From NCBI GenBank assembly GCA_016207275.1, contig JACQPY010000013.1:90583-154582 (forward strand): a DNA stretch of 64,000 bases. The letters run 5' to 3'. The stretch is from Candidatus Kerfeldbacteria bacterium (lineage in GTDB: Bacteria > Patescibacteriota > Patescibacteriia > SBBC01). The notes under the pieces were generated by a model, which saw only the letters and a list, made by a program, of their open reading frames with translations, was not told the DNA's origin and searched no databases. Numbering within the stretch: position 1 is the first letter of the stretch; each line of letters opens with the position of its first letter. Below are positions 24,933 through 34,524 of the stretch, piece by piece. Made by a program: the position numbers and the translations under genes.

Positions 24933-25000
24933 AGGGCCAGAGGCCCACTACCTGCAGGCGTTTTATCGCCCGCTCGTAGATGAAGGCCTCTGGCCTTCAT
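24933..25000 (-). promoter_or_regulatory. Structured 5'-leader / intergenic element upstream of the L,D-transpeptidase gene
   Basis: Two inverted copies of GGCCAGAGGCC / GGCCTCTGGCC lie about 40 nt apart. In addition there is a perfect 10-bp stem gatgaaggcc-aga-ggccttcatc, inside the 190-nt gap between secA and the transpeptidase gene. Confidence 0.3.
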
Positions 25001-25077
25001 CGAACGCACCTTTGTTTTGTTTTTTATTTGAAAACAACGAACGACGCTCTTAAGCTTAGCACGAAATTGATCCTCCG

Positions 25078-27852
25078 TCAAGCCGCTTGGCCAGCCTGCG
25101 CACGTAGTTTGCAGCTTGGGTCATTGGCCAAGTAGCACTTTTTAAACTTCTTGCCTGAACCGCATGGGCACGGATCATTCCGGCCGACATCGCGCAGACT
25201 GGTCGGGCGGTCAGCTGACGTAGGCGTGGTCGCCAGACCACGTGCGTCGGCCATGGTTTTGGCCGGACCAGCGGTAGTTAACGTTTGACTTCGCGGCGTG
25301 GCAGTGGTTTCGGCCTGGGCCAAGCCCAAAGTAAAGATTGATTGCGCGGCATGACTGTTGATCGCCGCGATTAGTTCGGTGAACAAACGGTAGGCCTCAC
25401 GTTTGTATTCAACGAGTGGCTCGCGCTGACCATAACCGCGGAGGCCGATGCCCTCACGTAAGTGCTCCATCAAATCAAGATGCTCGATCCAGAGCGAATC
25501 GATGCTGCGGAGCATGACCGCGCGGAGAAACTGCGCCAGACGCTCCGGACTGCCGACTGACGATTCCAAGTGGGCAAACTGTTGCCGGAGCAGCGTGGTC
25601 GCAAATTCGGTCAGGCCGGAGCGGACGGAGGCCTCGCCAGGACGACTGTCGACCACCGGTCCCAGCTCGCTCAGGCGACGACGGTCAGGCCACGGTTGTT
25701 GCATCAAGTTGCTGAGCGAGTCGTAGAGCTGGTCAAGATTCCACTGGGCCGGGTCGTCGCCACTCGTGTGCAGTGTCACCGCTGTTTCGACCGCCTCTTC
25801 GAGTACGTCTCGAGCCAGTTGTTGCAGCTGGTTGAGCGGGGCAAACAAAACCTCAAGACGTTTTCGATAGATGACATCCCGATGTTTGTTCATGACATCA
25901 TCGTACTCAACGAGATGCTTGCGAATATCGAAGTTATGACCCTCAACTTTCTTTTGAGCCGATTCGATCGAACGGCTGATCATCCGATTGGCAATCGGCA
26001 TATCGTCGGGAATACCGAGACGGTCCATTAAGTTTTTCATCCGCTCGCTACCGAAGATACGCATCAGGTCGTCTTCCATCGACAAGTAAAACTGGGATGA
26101 GCCAGGGTCGCCCTGACGGCCAGCGCGCCCGCGCAGCTGCAAGTCAATGCGGCGGGATTCGTGGCGTTCCGTACCGATGACGTGCAAACCGCCAAGCGTC
26201 TTAACCTGTCTCTGCAGATCTGGCTGCGGCGGGTTGCCGCCGAGGATGATGTCGACGCCGCGACCAGCCATGTTGGTGGCAATGGTGACCGCGCCGGGGC
26301 GGCCAGCTTGAGCAATGATTTGTGCTTCGCGCTCGTGATTCTTGGCGTTGAGGACCTGGTGCGGGACGCCTTCGCGTTCGAGCAACCCTGACAGCAGCTC
26401 GTTCTTAGCAATCGAGACCGTGCCAACTAAAACTGGCTGCCCCGCTTCATGTCGATGACGGATTTCCCGAACCGCGGCGGTAAACTTTCCGGTCTCAGTT
26501 TTGTAGACGCTGTCCTCGCGGTCGGTCCGGATCATCGGCCGATGGGTTGGGATGATGACCACGTCAAGGTTGTAGATTTTGTGAAATTCCTCGGCTTCGG
26601 TCGCGGCCGTACCGGTCATGCCCGCTAGTTTACGGTACAGGCGAAAGAGGTTTTGGAAGGTGATGGTCGCCAGGGTTTGGCTTTCCTGTTTAATCGCCAC
26701 GCCTTCCTTCGCCTCAATTGCCTGGTGCAAGCCCTCGGCGTACCGTCGGCCGAACATTAAACGACCAGTGAACTCGTCGACAATGACAATTTCCCCTTCC
26801 CGCACGACGTATTGTGTATCGCGTTCAAACAGTCGAGAGTGAGCTCGCAAGGCCTGGTTGATGACGTTCAGTTGCTCACTGTCAGCGCTGGCGTACAGGT
26901 TTGGTACCCCCAGCATCCGCTCCAAGGCGCTAATCCCCTCCTCAGTCAAAAATGAGCTTCGCTGTTTCTCGTCAACCTGGTAGTGTCGGTTTTCCTCAAG
27001 TTGCTTGACGAAACCATCGATCCGGCGGTAATCGTCAGCTGATCGTTCGACCGGCGCGGAAATAATCAGGGGCGTCCGGGCCTCATCAATGAGAATTGAA
27101 TCAACCTCATCAACGATAGCGTAGTGGAGCTGACGTTGAACCAGGAACCGTGGATCCGGCGCCATGTGGTCGCGTAGGTAGTCAAAGCCGAACTCATTAT
27201 TGGTTCCGTAGGTTATATCCGCTCGGTACGCGTCGGCCCGGCTGATCGGACGTAAATGTTCAAGCAGCGGATCGGTGGCCTGATCGTTATGAAAATCGGG
27301 ATCGAACTGCCAAGCGGCTTCGTGAACAATCGCGGCGCAACTCAAGCCGAGACGATGGTAAATGCTACCCATCCAACCGGTGTCGCGCTTCGCCAGATAG
27401 TCGTTGACGGTGACGACATGGACCCCGCGACCAACGAGGGCGTTGAGCGAAACGGGTAACGTCGCCACCAACGTTTTGCCTTCACCAGTTTTCATTTCGG
27501 CGATCTTCCCTTGGTGCAGAACAATTCCGCCGACGAGCTGGACATCGTAATGCCGCTGGCCGATTGCCCGTTGGGCGGCCTCACGGACCAACGCAAAAAC
27601 CTCGGCGAGGACGCCGTCAAGCTTGCGGCGGTGACCATTGACGGTCTGGCGAAGCTCATGCGCTCGCTGCCGCAACTGATCATCGGTCAAGACGCTGACC
27701 GAGCGCTCCCGCTGATTAATATCGAAAACAAACGGTTCGAGTTGTTTGAGGTACCGTTGGTTAGCGTCACCGAAAAGTTTGGTCAGTAAAGGCATACGAC
27801 CGACGGAAAAATGCGGCAGCGGAAGCATGCCATACCGACGACCGGCATGCAA
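25078..27852 (-). CDS. secA: Protein translocase ATPase SecA (the true start is probably the internal Met of MPLLTKLFG)
   Basis: DEAD-like motor (DEVDSILIDEARTPLIISAP), the full SecA architecture, and a C-terminal zinc finger CPCGSGKKFKKC. Confidence 0.95.
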   Translation of the reverse strand: MHAGRRYGMLPLPHFSVGRMPLLTKLFGDANQRYLKQLEPFVFDINQRERSVSVLTDDQLRQRAHELRQTVNGHRRKLDGVLAEVFALVREAAQRAIGQRHYDVQLVGGIVLHQGKIAEMKTGEGKTLVATLPVSLNALVGRGVHVVTVNDYLAKRDTGWMGSIYHRLGLSCAAIVHEAAWQFDPDFHNDQATDPLLEHLRPISRADAYRADITYGTNNEFGFDYLRDHMAPDPRFLVQRQLHYAIVDEVDSILIDEARTPLIISAPVERSADDYRRIDGFVKQLEENRHYQVDEKQRSSFLTEEGISALERMLGVPNLYASADSEQLNVINQALRAHSRLFERDTQYVVREGEIVIVDEFTGRLMFGRRYAEGLHQAIEAKEGVAIKQESQTLATITFQNLFRLYRKLAGMTGTAATEAEEFHKIYNLDVVIIPTHRPMIRTDREDSVYKTETGKFTAAVREIRHRHEAGQPVLVGTVSIAKNELLSGLLEREGVPHQVLNAKNHEREAQIIAQAGRPGAVTIATNMAGRGVDIILGGNPPQPDLQRQVKTLGGLHVIGTERHESRRIDLQLRGRAGRQGDPGSSQFYLSMEDDLMRIFGSERMKNLMDRLGIPDDMPIANRMISRSIESAQKKVEGHNFDIRKHLVEYDDVMNKHRDVIYRKRLEVLFAPLNQLQQLARDVLEEAVETAVTLHTSGDDPAQWNLDQLYDSLSNLMQQPWPDRRRLSELGPVVDSRPGEASVRSGLTEFATTLLRQQFAHLESSVGSPERLAQFLRAVMLRSIDSLWIEHLDLMEHLREGIGLRGYGQREPLVEYKREAYRLFTELIAAINSHAAQSIFTLGLAQAETTATPRSQTLTTAGPAKTMADARGLATTPTSADRPTSLRDVGRNDPCPCGSGKKFKKCYLANDPSCKLRAQAGQAA

Positions 27853-27855
27853 GCG

Positions 27856-28158
27856 TTAGATTCGAACCGACCGCTCTTTGGCTTTGACCACCAACCGTTC
27901 GAGTTTCGCGTAGAGCACGTCAACGGCGGCGGCGAACGACTCGCCTTCCGCCGAGGCCCGCAGGTCATCGCCCGGGGACTCAACCCAGCCGTAGGCGACG
28001 AAGACGTCGCCGCGTCGGTGGTGACGGTTGATGCTGATCTCAACGTGCATTCGAATGAGCCGCTGCCAAAATCGTTCGAGTCGTCCGAGTTTACGCTCGA
28101 TCACTGCTCGCATGCTCGGCGTCATGACAAGGTTTTTCCCGGAAATAATGATGTCCAT
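27856..28158 (-). CDS. hpf: Ribosome hibernation promoting factor (short HPF/RaiA form)
   Basis: MDIIISGKNLVMTPSMRAVIERKLGRLERF..., 100 aa, 3 nt upstream of secA. Confidence 0.8.
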   Translation of the reverse strand: MDIIISGKNLVMTPSMRAVIERKLGRLERFWQRLIRMHVEISINRHHRRGDVFVAYGWVESPGDDLRASAEGESFAAAVDVLYAKLERLVVKAKERSVRI

Positions 28159-28166
28159 AGACCTCC

Positions 28167-30185
28167 TTAAAAACCGATAAATTGAACCTCTTCCTCGAGT
28201 TGAACGCCAAACTGGTCTCGGACCTGCTGCTTGACCAGACTCGCCAGCATGACCACGTGCTCCGCGGTGCCGCCGCCGAGGTTGACGAAGAAATTCGCGT
28301 GCTGTTTGTTGACCTCGATCTGACCGATCCGTCTGCCAGCCAGCCCGGCTTCGGCAATTAAGGCCCAGGCTGGCAACCGACCATGCTTAATGACCGCGGC
28401 AAATCGCGTACGCAAACGCTCGTGGTCTTGTTTCAAGACGATATTCTTGAACATGCAACCCGCACTCGGCCAGGTCAGCGGCTGGTGTGCTCGTTTATAG
28501 GCGGTGAATTCGGCGATCTGTTGGCGAGCTTCAGCCACGGCACCGGTAGTCAGGGTACATCGGACCGTGATCACCGCCGCTGGCGTGTGCTTGAGCCGGC
28601 TGTCACGGTAGCCGAACCTAAGCTGCTCGTTCGTCCATGTTTCGACGGTTCCCCGTCCGGTAATAACCTGGCACGAGCGGACAATGTCTCGCATTTCGCG
28701 GCCAAAGGAACCGGCGTTACCGCGAACTGCCCCGCCGACGGTACCATAGATGCCGACCATAAACTCCATGCCGACGAGGCCAGCGTTGAGGCACTGACTG
28801 GCAAATAGACCCGTATTCATCCCCGCACCAACGGTAACCGCTGTACCGTCAGCGGTAAATTCAGCGTTACGCGCCTGGATGACGACGCCACGAAATCCCG
28901 GGTCGGAAAAAACACTATTGGCGCCGCCGCCGAGGATGAAGGACGGCAGTCGAGCCTGGTGCACGGCTCGAACAGTCGCCACTAATTCGGCTGACGTTCG
29001 CGCCACCACAAACATGTCAGCAGGGCCACCGATCTTAAAGTTACTGTGTTTAGCCAGCAATTCACTAAAACGAATATCACTGACCCGGGATGCCAGCTGG
29101 CGCACTACGTGACGGTACGGCGGTGGCTGGGCAAGTCGTTCAACCTGGCGAACGATCGTTTGGGCGGCATCTAACTTAGCCAGCGCTCGGACGTTAGCAG
29201 CCAACTGGCCGCGGCGCAGCTTATTTTCATGTAGCTCAAGTATGGTTTGCTCGAGTCGCTGGTGGTTTAAGGTCCGCTCGTTGAGCACCACGGCCGCTTG
29301 ATGACGAGCGAAGTACGCCGCATTAGCTTCTTGATGGGTGGCCGGAATTGGGATAACAATGGCGGGTTTACCGAGGGCGGCGATTTCCGCCAGACTCGAT
29401 AGACCGGCTCGGCAAATTACCAAATCGGCTACGGCATACGCGTCAGCCATCTCGTTTATCAAGAAATCGAATGTATGGTAGTTGGGGTGCGTCACTCGAA
29501 ACTGATTTTGTCGGCCGCCGGTCAGGTGGACGATCTGAAAATTTTTGACCAGGTTGAGACCCGCTTCGGCCACCAATTGGTTGAGGCGGAGCGCGCCCGT
29601 GCCGCCGCCAAACGCCAGCAGGACTGGTAAGGTCTTGTGCAGGCCAAAGCGTTCGTACGCCCGCTGGGCCTGGCCGTGGAGTATTTCCGGGCGAATTGGG
29701 TTGCCAACCCAACTTGTTTTTCGTCGGGAGAAATGCTGTTCAGACTCAGGAAAGGCCACGGTAATCGCCGCGGCCACCGGCGCACACAGTCGGTTGGCAA
29801 GGCCGGGTTTGATATCTTGCTGATGGATCAAGCTGGGAATACCAAAGAGTCGACCGACGTAGACGATCGGTACGCTGACATAGCTGCCGACGCTGACGAT
29901 CGCATCAGGACGAAATTGGCGGAGGAGACGCCACGCTTCGGCCACACCGATAAGCAGTCGAACAATGTCAACCACGTTAAGTAACGAAACGTAGCGGCGC
30001 AGCTTACCGGCGGTAATACCGACGAACGGTAAATCCGCCGCTTGGGCGAGTTGTCGTTCTGCGCCGTGACGGGTACCAACCAAGAGCAGCTCAACCTGAG
30101 GGTGACTTCGCCGCAGCTCGTTGGCAATCGCCAACAGCGGCACCGTGGCTCCGCCGGTACTGCCGCCGACTAAAATAACCCGCAT
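28167..30185 (-). CDS. murG-murB: MurG–MurB fusion protein: N-terminal undecaprenyl-PP-MurNAc-pentapeptide GlcNAc transferase fused to a C-terminal UDP-N-acetylenolpyruvoylglucosamine reductase
   Basis: Residues 1 to about 360 are MurG (MRVILVGGSTGGATVPLLAIANEL...). Residues from about 375 to 672 are MurB, with the FAD-binding FKIGGPADMFVVARTSAELV and LGGGANSVFSD. Confidence 0.85.
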   Translation of the reverse strand: MRVILVGGSTGGATVPLLAIANELRRSHPQVELLLVGTRHGAERQLAQAADLPFVGITAGKLRRYVSLLNVVDIVRLLIGVAEAWRLLRQFRPDAIVSVGSYVSVPIVYVGRLFGIPSLIHQQDIKPGLANRLCAPVAAAITVAFPESEQHFSRRKTSWVGNPIRPEILHGQAQRAYERFGLHKTLPVLLAFGGGTGALRLNQLVAEAGLNLVKNFQIVHLTGGRQNQFRVTHPNYHTFDFLINEMADAYAVADLVICRAGLSSLAEIAALGKPAIVIPIPATHQEANAAYFARHQAAVVLNERTLNHQRLEQTILELHENKLRRGQLAANVRALAKLDAAQTIVRQVERLAQPPPYRHVVRQLASRVSDIRFSELLAKHSNFKIGGPADMFVVARTSAELVATVRAVHQARLPSFILGGGANSVFSDPGFRGVVIQARNAEFTADGTAVTVGAGMNTGLFASQCLNAGLVGMEFMVGIYGTVGGAVRGNAGSFGREMRDIVRSCQVITGRGTVETWTNEQLRFGYRDSRLKHTPAAVITVRCTLTTGAVAEARQQIAEFTAYKRAHQPLTWPSAGCMFKNIVLKQDHERLRTRFAAVIKHGRLPAWALIAEAGLAGRRIGQIEVNKQHANFFVNLGGGTAEHVVMLASLVKQQVRDQFGVQLEEEVQFIGF

Positions 30186-30194
30186 CGGATCAGG

Positions 30195-31295
30195 TTACGA
30201 TCGAGCATAGCGAGAAATATTGGCCAATATTCCAATGGCCGCGCACGAGGTGATGAGCGCGGTACCGCCATAGCTGACGAACGGTAACGGAATGCCGGTC
30301 AACGGCAAGACGCCGGTCAACGCCCCGATGTTGATCAAGGCTTGAAAACCAAACCAGGTCGTAATCCCGGCGGCCAGGATGCGGCCGAATTCATCGGGTG
30401 CCTGGCGAGCAATGCGGTAGCCTTTAAAAATAAACGCGACAAACAGCGCCAGCAAGCCAAGCACGATAATGAAACCGAGCTCTTCAGCGATGATGGCAAA
30501 AATTGAATCGCTGGTGGCCTCCGGTAAGTAGTCGAATTTCTGGCGCGAGTGCCCGAGACCGAGGCCGAAGAGGCCGCCTGAACCGATTGCCAAAAGCGCT
30601 TGGTTAATGTGGTAGCCAATGCCCTGCGGGTCGAGCTGCGGGTTAAGGAAGACCAAAAAACGTTCGACGCGATACGACGCGGTCTTGATGAGCACGGCAA
30701 AAGCGGTAACGGCAAAACCACCAATCAAGACTAAATCGCGCACCGGCGCACCGGCGACAAAGTAGCTCGATAAAGCAATCAGGGTGATAATGGTCATCGT
30801 GCCGATGTCGGGTTGTCTGATGATGAGAAGCGTAATCGTACCGAGAATCGCCAGGAACGGCCAGAGGCCGTAAGCACGATCTTGAATTCGGTGTTCGCGT
30901 TCACTCAGCCAGCCGGCTAAGTAAATCAAAAACATGATTTTTACCAACTCGGCAGGTTGAAAAAAAATAGGACCGATCGAGATCCACCGTCGTGCGCCGA
31001 GCAACTCGCGGCCAATTCCTGGAATGAAAACAGCGACTAGCAGGGCGATTGACAAAACCAGAAGCGGAAAAGCAACGGCCCGCCACTGGCGATAGTCAAT
31101 CCTAACGGTGACGCTAAAAATAATAACGCCGATGAGGATACTTAATAGTTGCCGCTTTAAAAAGTACGTACTGTCACCGTACTGCTGGTAGGCGACGACC
31201 GTACTGGCGCTCGATAAGACCACGAGCCCGAAAACCACGATGGCGCCGACGATGAGGAGCAGGGCGGGATCGAGGCGGCGTGAGGAACGGGTCAT
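30195..31295 (-). CDS. ftsW: SEDS-family peptidoglycan polymerase FtsW/RodA
   Basis: A 10-TM SEDS protein with LLLIVGAIVVFGLVVLSSAS... and the conserved C-terminal GGTALITSCAAIGIL. A 4-nt overlap with the upstream gene. Confidence 0.85.
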   Translation of the reverse strand: MTRSSRRLDPALLLIVGAIVVFGLVVLSSASTVVAYQQYGDSTYFLKRQLLSILIGVIIFSVTVRIDYRQWRAVAFPLLVLSIALLVAVFIPGIGRELLGARRWISIGPIFFQPAELVKIMFLIYLAGWLSEREHRIQDRAYGLWPFLAILGTITLLIIRQPDIGTMTIITLIALSSYFVAGAPVRDLVLIGGFAVTAFAVLIKTASYRVERFLVFLNPQLDPQGIGYHINQALLAIGSGGLFGLGLGHSRQKFDYLPEATSDSIFAIIAEELGFIIVLGLLALFVAFIFKGYRIARQAPDEFGRILAAGITTWFGFQALINIGALTGVLPLTGIPLPFVSYGGTALITSCAAIGILANISRYARS

Positions 31296-33436
31296 GAGCG
31301 TAGTTTTATCACGGCCGTTCGAAACTGATCGCCGCGGTCGAACTCATGCTGAAACAGACCGAAGCTGGCAGCGCCAGGACTCAAGATGATCGATTGGCCG
31401 ACCTGAGCCGTTTTGATTGCCTGTCGGACCGCGACGGGCATTGAAGCAACTTGACGCAGACGACCGTGGTAACCAAAGCGACGCAATGCTCGGATCAGTT
31501 TACGCGTCGCCGTTCCTGGTAACAATACCAGTGGGGTTGTCCGACGGGCAAATGTTTTGGCGAGGGCCCTAAAATTTAGTCGTTTGTCGGTTCCGCCAAC
31601 GATGAACAAACCGTCAGGAAAAGCTTCTACCGCTGCCAGCGTTGCATCTGGCGTCGTGGCGGAGGAATCGTTAACAAAACTATGTCCGCGCCATCGCCGG
31701 ACAAGTTCTTGACGGTGCGGTAGAAGACGAAACCCGCGGAGCGCCCGCCGAATTGTCGCGATGGGGATGCGTACAGCTCGGGCGGCACTAACCGCGGCGA
31801 TGACATTTGCCTGTAAGGCCGTGGTTGAGAACGTTTCCGATAGTTTGGGAATAATCGTCGTTGATTTCGTTCCGTGACGCTCAACTAACTTTCCCTTTTG
31901 CAGATAAATACTCCAGCCGGGCGGTCGCTCCCGCTGCGACCACCACAGGATTTTAGCCCCGGTTACGTGACGAGCTAAACGAGCTGGCCGAGAATCGTAG
32001 TTGAGAACCGCAATGTCTCGCGGGTTTTGGTACTGAAACATACGGTATTTGGCGGCGGCGTAAGCTGACATGTTCTGGTATCGATCAAGATGATCGACCA
32101 AGAGGTTCGTCATAACGGCCACCTGCGGACTGCGCGCGACCGCATCCGAAAATTCAAGCTGAAATGATGACAGTTCGAGGATAACGTAATCTTGTTTCGA
32201 CAATCGGTCGAGAACACTGAGCATCGGCTTTTGTGCAATGTTACCCGACAATACCACCCGGGATAGCTGCGGCCGCATGATCTGGTACAAGAGCCAAGCG
32301 ACCGTCGACTTTCCCCGCGTTCCCGTGATGCCAATAATTCTCGCTGGACAGAAGCGAAGAAAAAGCGACCACTCGTTGACGATTGGTTTTCTCAGTTTTC
32401 GGGCTAAACGTAATTCGGGAATTGATGAAGGTACGCTTTGATTTTGGTAGACAAGATCAGCCCAGTGAATATCTTCTCGATGGTGACCGCCCAAACGATA
32501 CCTGACCGGTAATTCACGAAGCTGACGAAGTGTCGGCGCGAGCTGACGAGCGTTTTTGCGATCGGTGACGCAAACGTGCGCGCCGTGTTTAACAAACCAT
32601 TCGACTGCGCTGGCCGCTCCCCCATGCAAACCCAGACCGACCACTAACACACGCTTACCCTTAAGCGATTCGAGCGGATCGCGCAATCCAGCGATGACCA
32701 CGAACGAATGCCGGCGATCGGATTTTTGCCGACGGGCTGAGGGCAACAGCCAGCGACTATGAATCGTACAGTGTCGACTAACCTCAAGCTGTGCGGTGAG
32801 CACACCGGCGCTTACCAACTCGAGTGTGGCCGCTCGACGCAGGTCAAGGAACACTCGACCGGCTCGGTGAACCACCGTCGAATTTCCGAACCGCTTCATA
32901 AATTGATGTACGCGGCGGTCACGTTTTTCGGTCACGTCATAACAGCACGGGCCGGCTGATGGCCCGAGCCAAACCAACAGGGCTCTCGGCGCGGCACCGC
33001 ACGCGACCATTGTTTGAATCAGGTTTTGCACCACCCCGCGAACAAGCCCACGCCAGCCAGCATGAGCGACACCAACGATGCGGTGCACTGGATCGTAGGC
33101 CACAACCGGAATGCAATCAGCCGAGTAGAGGCCCAACGATTGGCCGAGTTTCTTGGTGACTAAGCCGTCGGTACTAGCTACGAACGTTCGCGGTTTGGCT
33201 GAATTGCCGGAGACCAATGCCACGCGTCGACCGTGGACCTGTTGACCGAAAACAATCCCGCTTGATCGGGCGCCTAACGTTTGATAGAAAACGATACGAT
33301 TGTTCACCGCGCGTCGTCCAGTCGCATGAGCAAACCGTCGTTGACCCTGCCACACGATTCCACCGCCCACAATCAATTCAGGAAAACGACCAAACAGGCG
33401 CGGCCGGATGATAACCGGTCGAGTAGGCACGCTCAT
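31292..33436 (-). CDS. pgeF-murD: PgeF/YfiH (DUF152, peptidoglycan editing factor / laccase-domain) fused to MurD (UDP-MurNAc-L-Ala--D-Glu ligase)
   Basis: The N-terminal roughly 245 aa carry the YfiH signature HRIVGVAHAGWRGLVRGV. The C-terminal part is MurD (KGKRVLVVGLGLHGGAASAVEWF, P-loop IGITGTRGKSTVAWLL, DHLDRY). Confidence 0.8.
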   Translation of the reverse strand: MSVPTRPVIIRPRLFGRFPELIVGGGIVWQGQRRFAHATGRRAVNNRIVFYQTLGARSSGIVFGQQVHGRRVALVSGNSAKPRTFVASTDGLVTKKLGQSLGLYSADCIPVVAYDPVHRIVGVAHAGWRGLVRGVVQNLIQTMVACGAAPRALLVWLGPSAGPCCYDVTEKRDRRVHQFMKRFGNSTVVHRAGRVFLDLRRAATLELVSAGVLTAQLEVSRHCTIHSRWLLPSARRQKSDRRHSFVVIAGLRDPLESLKGKRVLVVGLGLHGGAASAVEWFVKHGAHVCVTDRKNARQLAPTLRQLRELPVRYRLGGHHREDIHWADLVYQNQSVPSSIPELRLARKLRKPIVNEWSLFLRFCPARIIGITGTRGKSTVAWLLYQIMRPQLSRVVLSGNIAQKPMLSVLDRLSKQDYVILELSSFQLEFSDAVARSPQVAVMTNLLVDHLDRYQNMSAYAAAKYRMFQYQNPRDIAVLNYDSRPARLARHVTGAKILWWSQRERPPGWSIYLQKGKLVERHGTKSTTIIPKLSETFSTTALQANVIAAVSAARAVRIPIATIRRALRGFRLLPHRQELVRRWRGHSFVNDSSATTPDATLAAVEAFPDGLFIVGGTDKRLNFRALAKTFARRTTPLVLLPGTATRKLIRALRRFGYHGRLRQVASMPVAVRQAIKTAQVGQSIILSPGAASFGLFQHEFDRGDQFRTAVIKLRS

Positions 33437-33471
33437 AACAGCGCTAGCATACCACGAACTGACTGCTACGA

Positions 33472-34524
33472 CTAGGTCACCCCGCGGTCAATCAGGACAA
33501 GAATGAAGCCGATCACCGCGGTGACTGCCGATATGATCCAAAAACGCATGACTACTTTTGGTTCCGGCCAACCGCGGGCTTCAAAGTGGTGGTGGATCGG
33601 TGCCGAACGGAACAACTTGCGTCCGGTCAGGCGACGCCAGGCGATTTGAAGAATCACGGAAGTCGACTCAAGCACCAGGACAAAACTGATGATCGGGAGA
33701 AATAGAGCGGCGTTCGTCAGCATCGCCACGACGCCGAGGGTGGTGCCCAGCCCCATGGCACCGGTATCGCCCATGAAAAAGCGCGCCGGATGAATGTTGA
33801 ACCACAAAAAGGCAAGCAGACTACCAACAATCACGCCGCAGAAGGTGGCGAGAAAAAAATGTCCTTGGATAAAGGCAATGGCCCCAAAGGTGGCAAACGC
33901 GGCCAGCAGAACACCACCCGCGAGTCCGTCGAGCCCATCGGTTATGTTGACGGAATGAGACGTGGCGACGATGATAAAAATAAAAATCGGGACATACCAT
34001 AAGCCAATGTCAAAATTTCCAACAAACGGTATGTGGATCGTGGTCCAGTCAAGCTTGACCACGAACCACCACGCGCCAACGGCGGCAATCAACGCGTAGA
34101 GGACCAGTCGGTGTCGGACCCGCAGGCCGCTGGCCGTTCCGATTCGACGAACGTTAAAAACGTCATCAATCAAGCCGACGAGAGACGCCGCGACGAGCGC
34201 CCCGAGCGGCAACAGCGTTTCTGCCCGGGTCAAGAAGTTGAACCGGTGCCAGGTCGAAAACCCAAGCACCCGATCGAGCAACCACGGCAGCCCGGCGAAG
34301 ACGAGCGTCGTCACCCAGACTAACACGCCGCCCATCGTCGGCGTACCTTGTTTTGCCTGGTGTAATCCGGTGAACACCGGCGTCTGACCGGCATCCCTAA
34401 TTTGCTTACCGATTCGGTAGCGGAACAAAAAATTCGTCAGGAGCGGGGTCCAGGCAACGGTCACCGTAAAGGCGGCCGCGGTCAAGACGAACAACGCGAT
34501 AATAGCTGCATCAACGCTACTCAT
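33472..34524 (-). CDS. mraY: Phospho-N-acetylmuramoyl-pentapeptide transferase MraY (start at the Met forming an ATGA overlap with the upstream small ORF; the track ORF extends to 34701)
   Basis: SVNITDGLDGLAGGVLL and HHHFE motifs, 10 TM helices. Confidence 0.9.
   Translation of the reverse strand: MSSVDAAIIALFVLTAAAFTVTVAWTPLLTNFLFRYRIGKQIRDAGQTPVFTGLHQAKQGTPTMGGVLVWVTTLVFAGLPWLLDRVLGFSTWHRFNFLTRAETLLPLGALVAASLVGLIDDVFNVRRIGTASGLRVRHRLVLYALIAAVGAWWFVVKLDWTTIHIPFVGNFDIGLWYVPIFIFIIVATSHSVNITDGLDGLAGGVLLAAFATFGAIAFIQGHFFLATFCGVIVGSLLAFLWFNIHPARFFMGDTGAMGLGTTLGVVAMLTNAALFLPIISFVLVLESTSVILQIAWRRLTGRKLFRSAPIHHHFEARGWPEPKVVMRFWIISAVTAVIGFILVLIDRGVT

Noticed and set aside
25021-25077. A/T-rich segment just downstream of the secA stop, considered as the secA intrinsic terminator.
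   Set aside because: Only weak A/U stems (ttgtttt/aaaacaa) and a near-palindrome around AAGCTT. There is no GC-rich hairpin followed by a U-tract on the minus strand.
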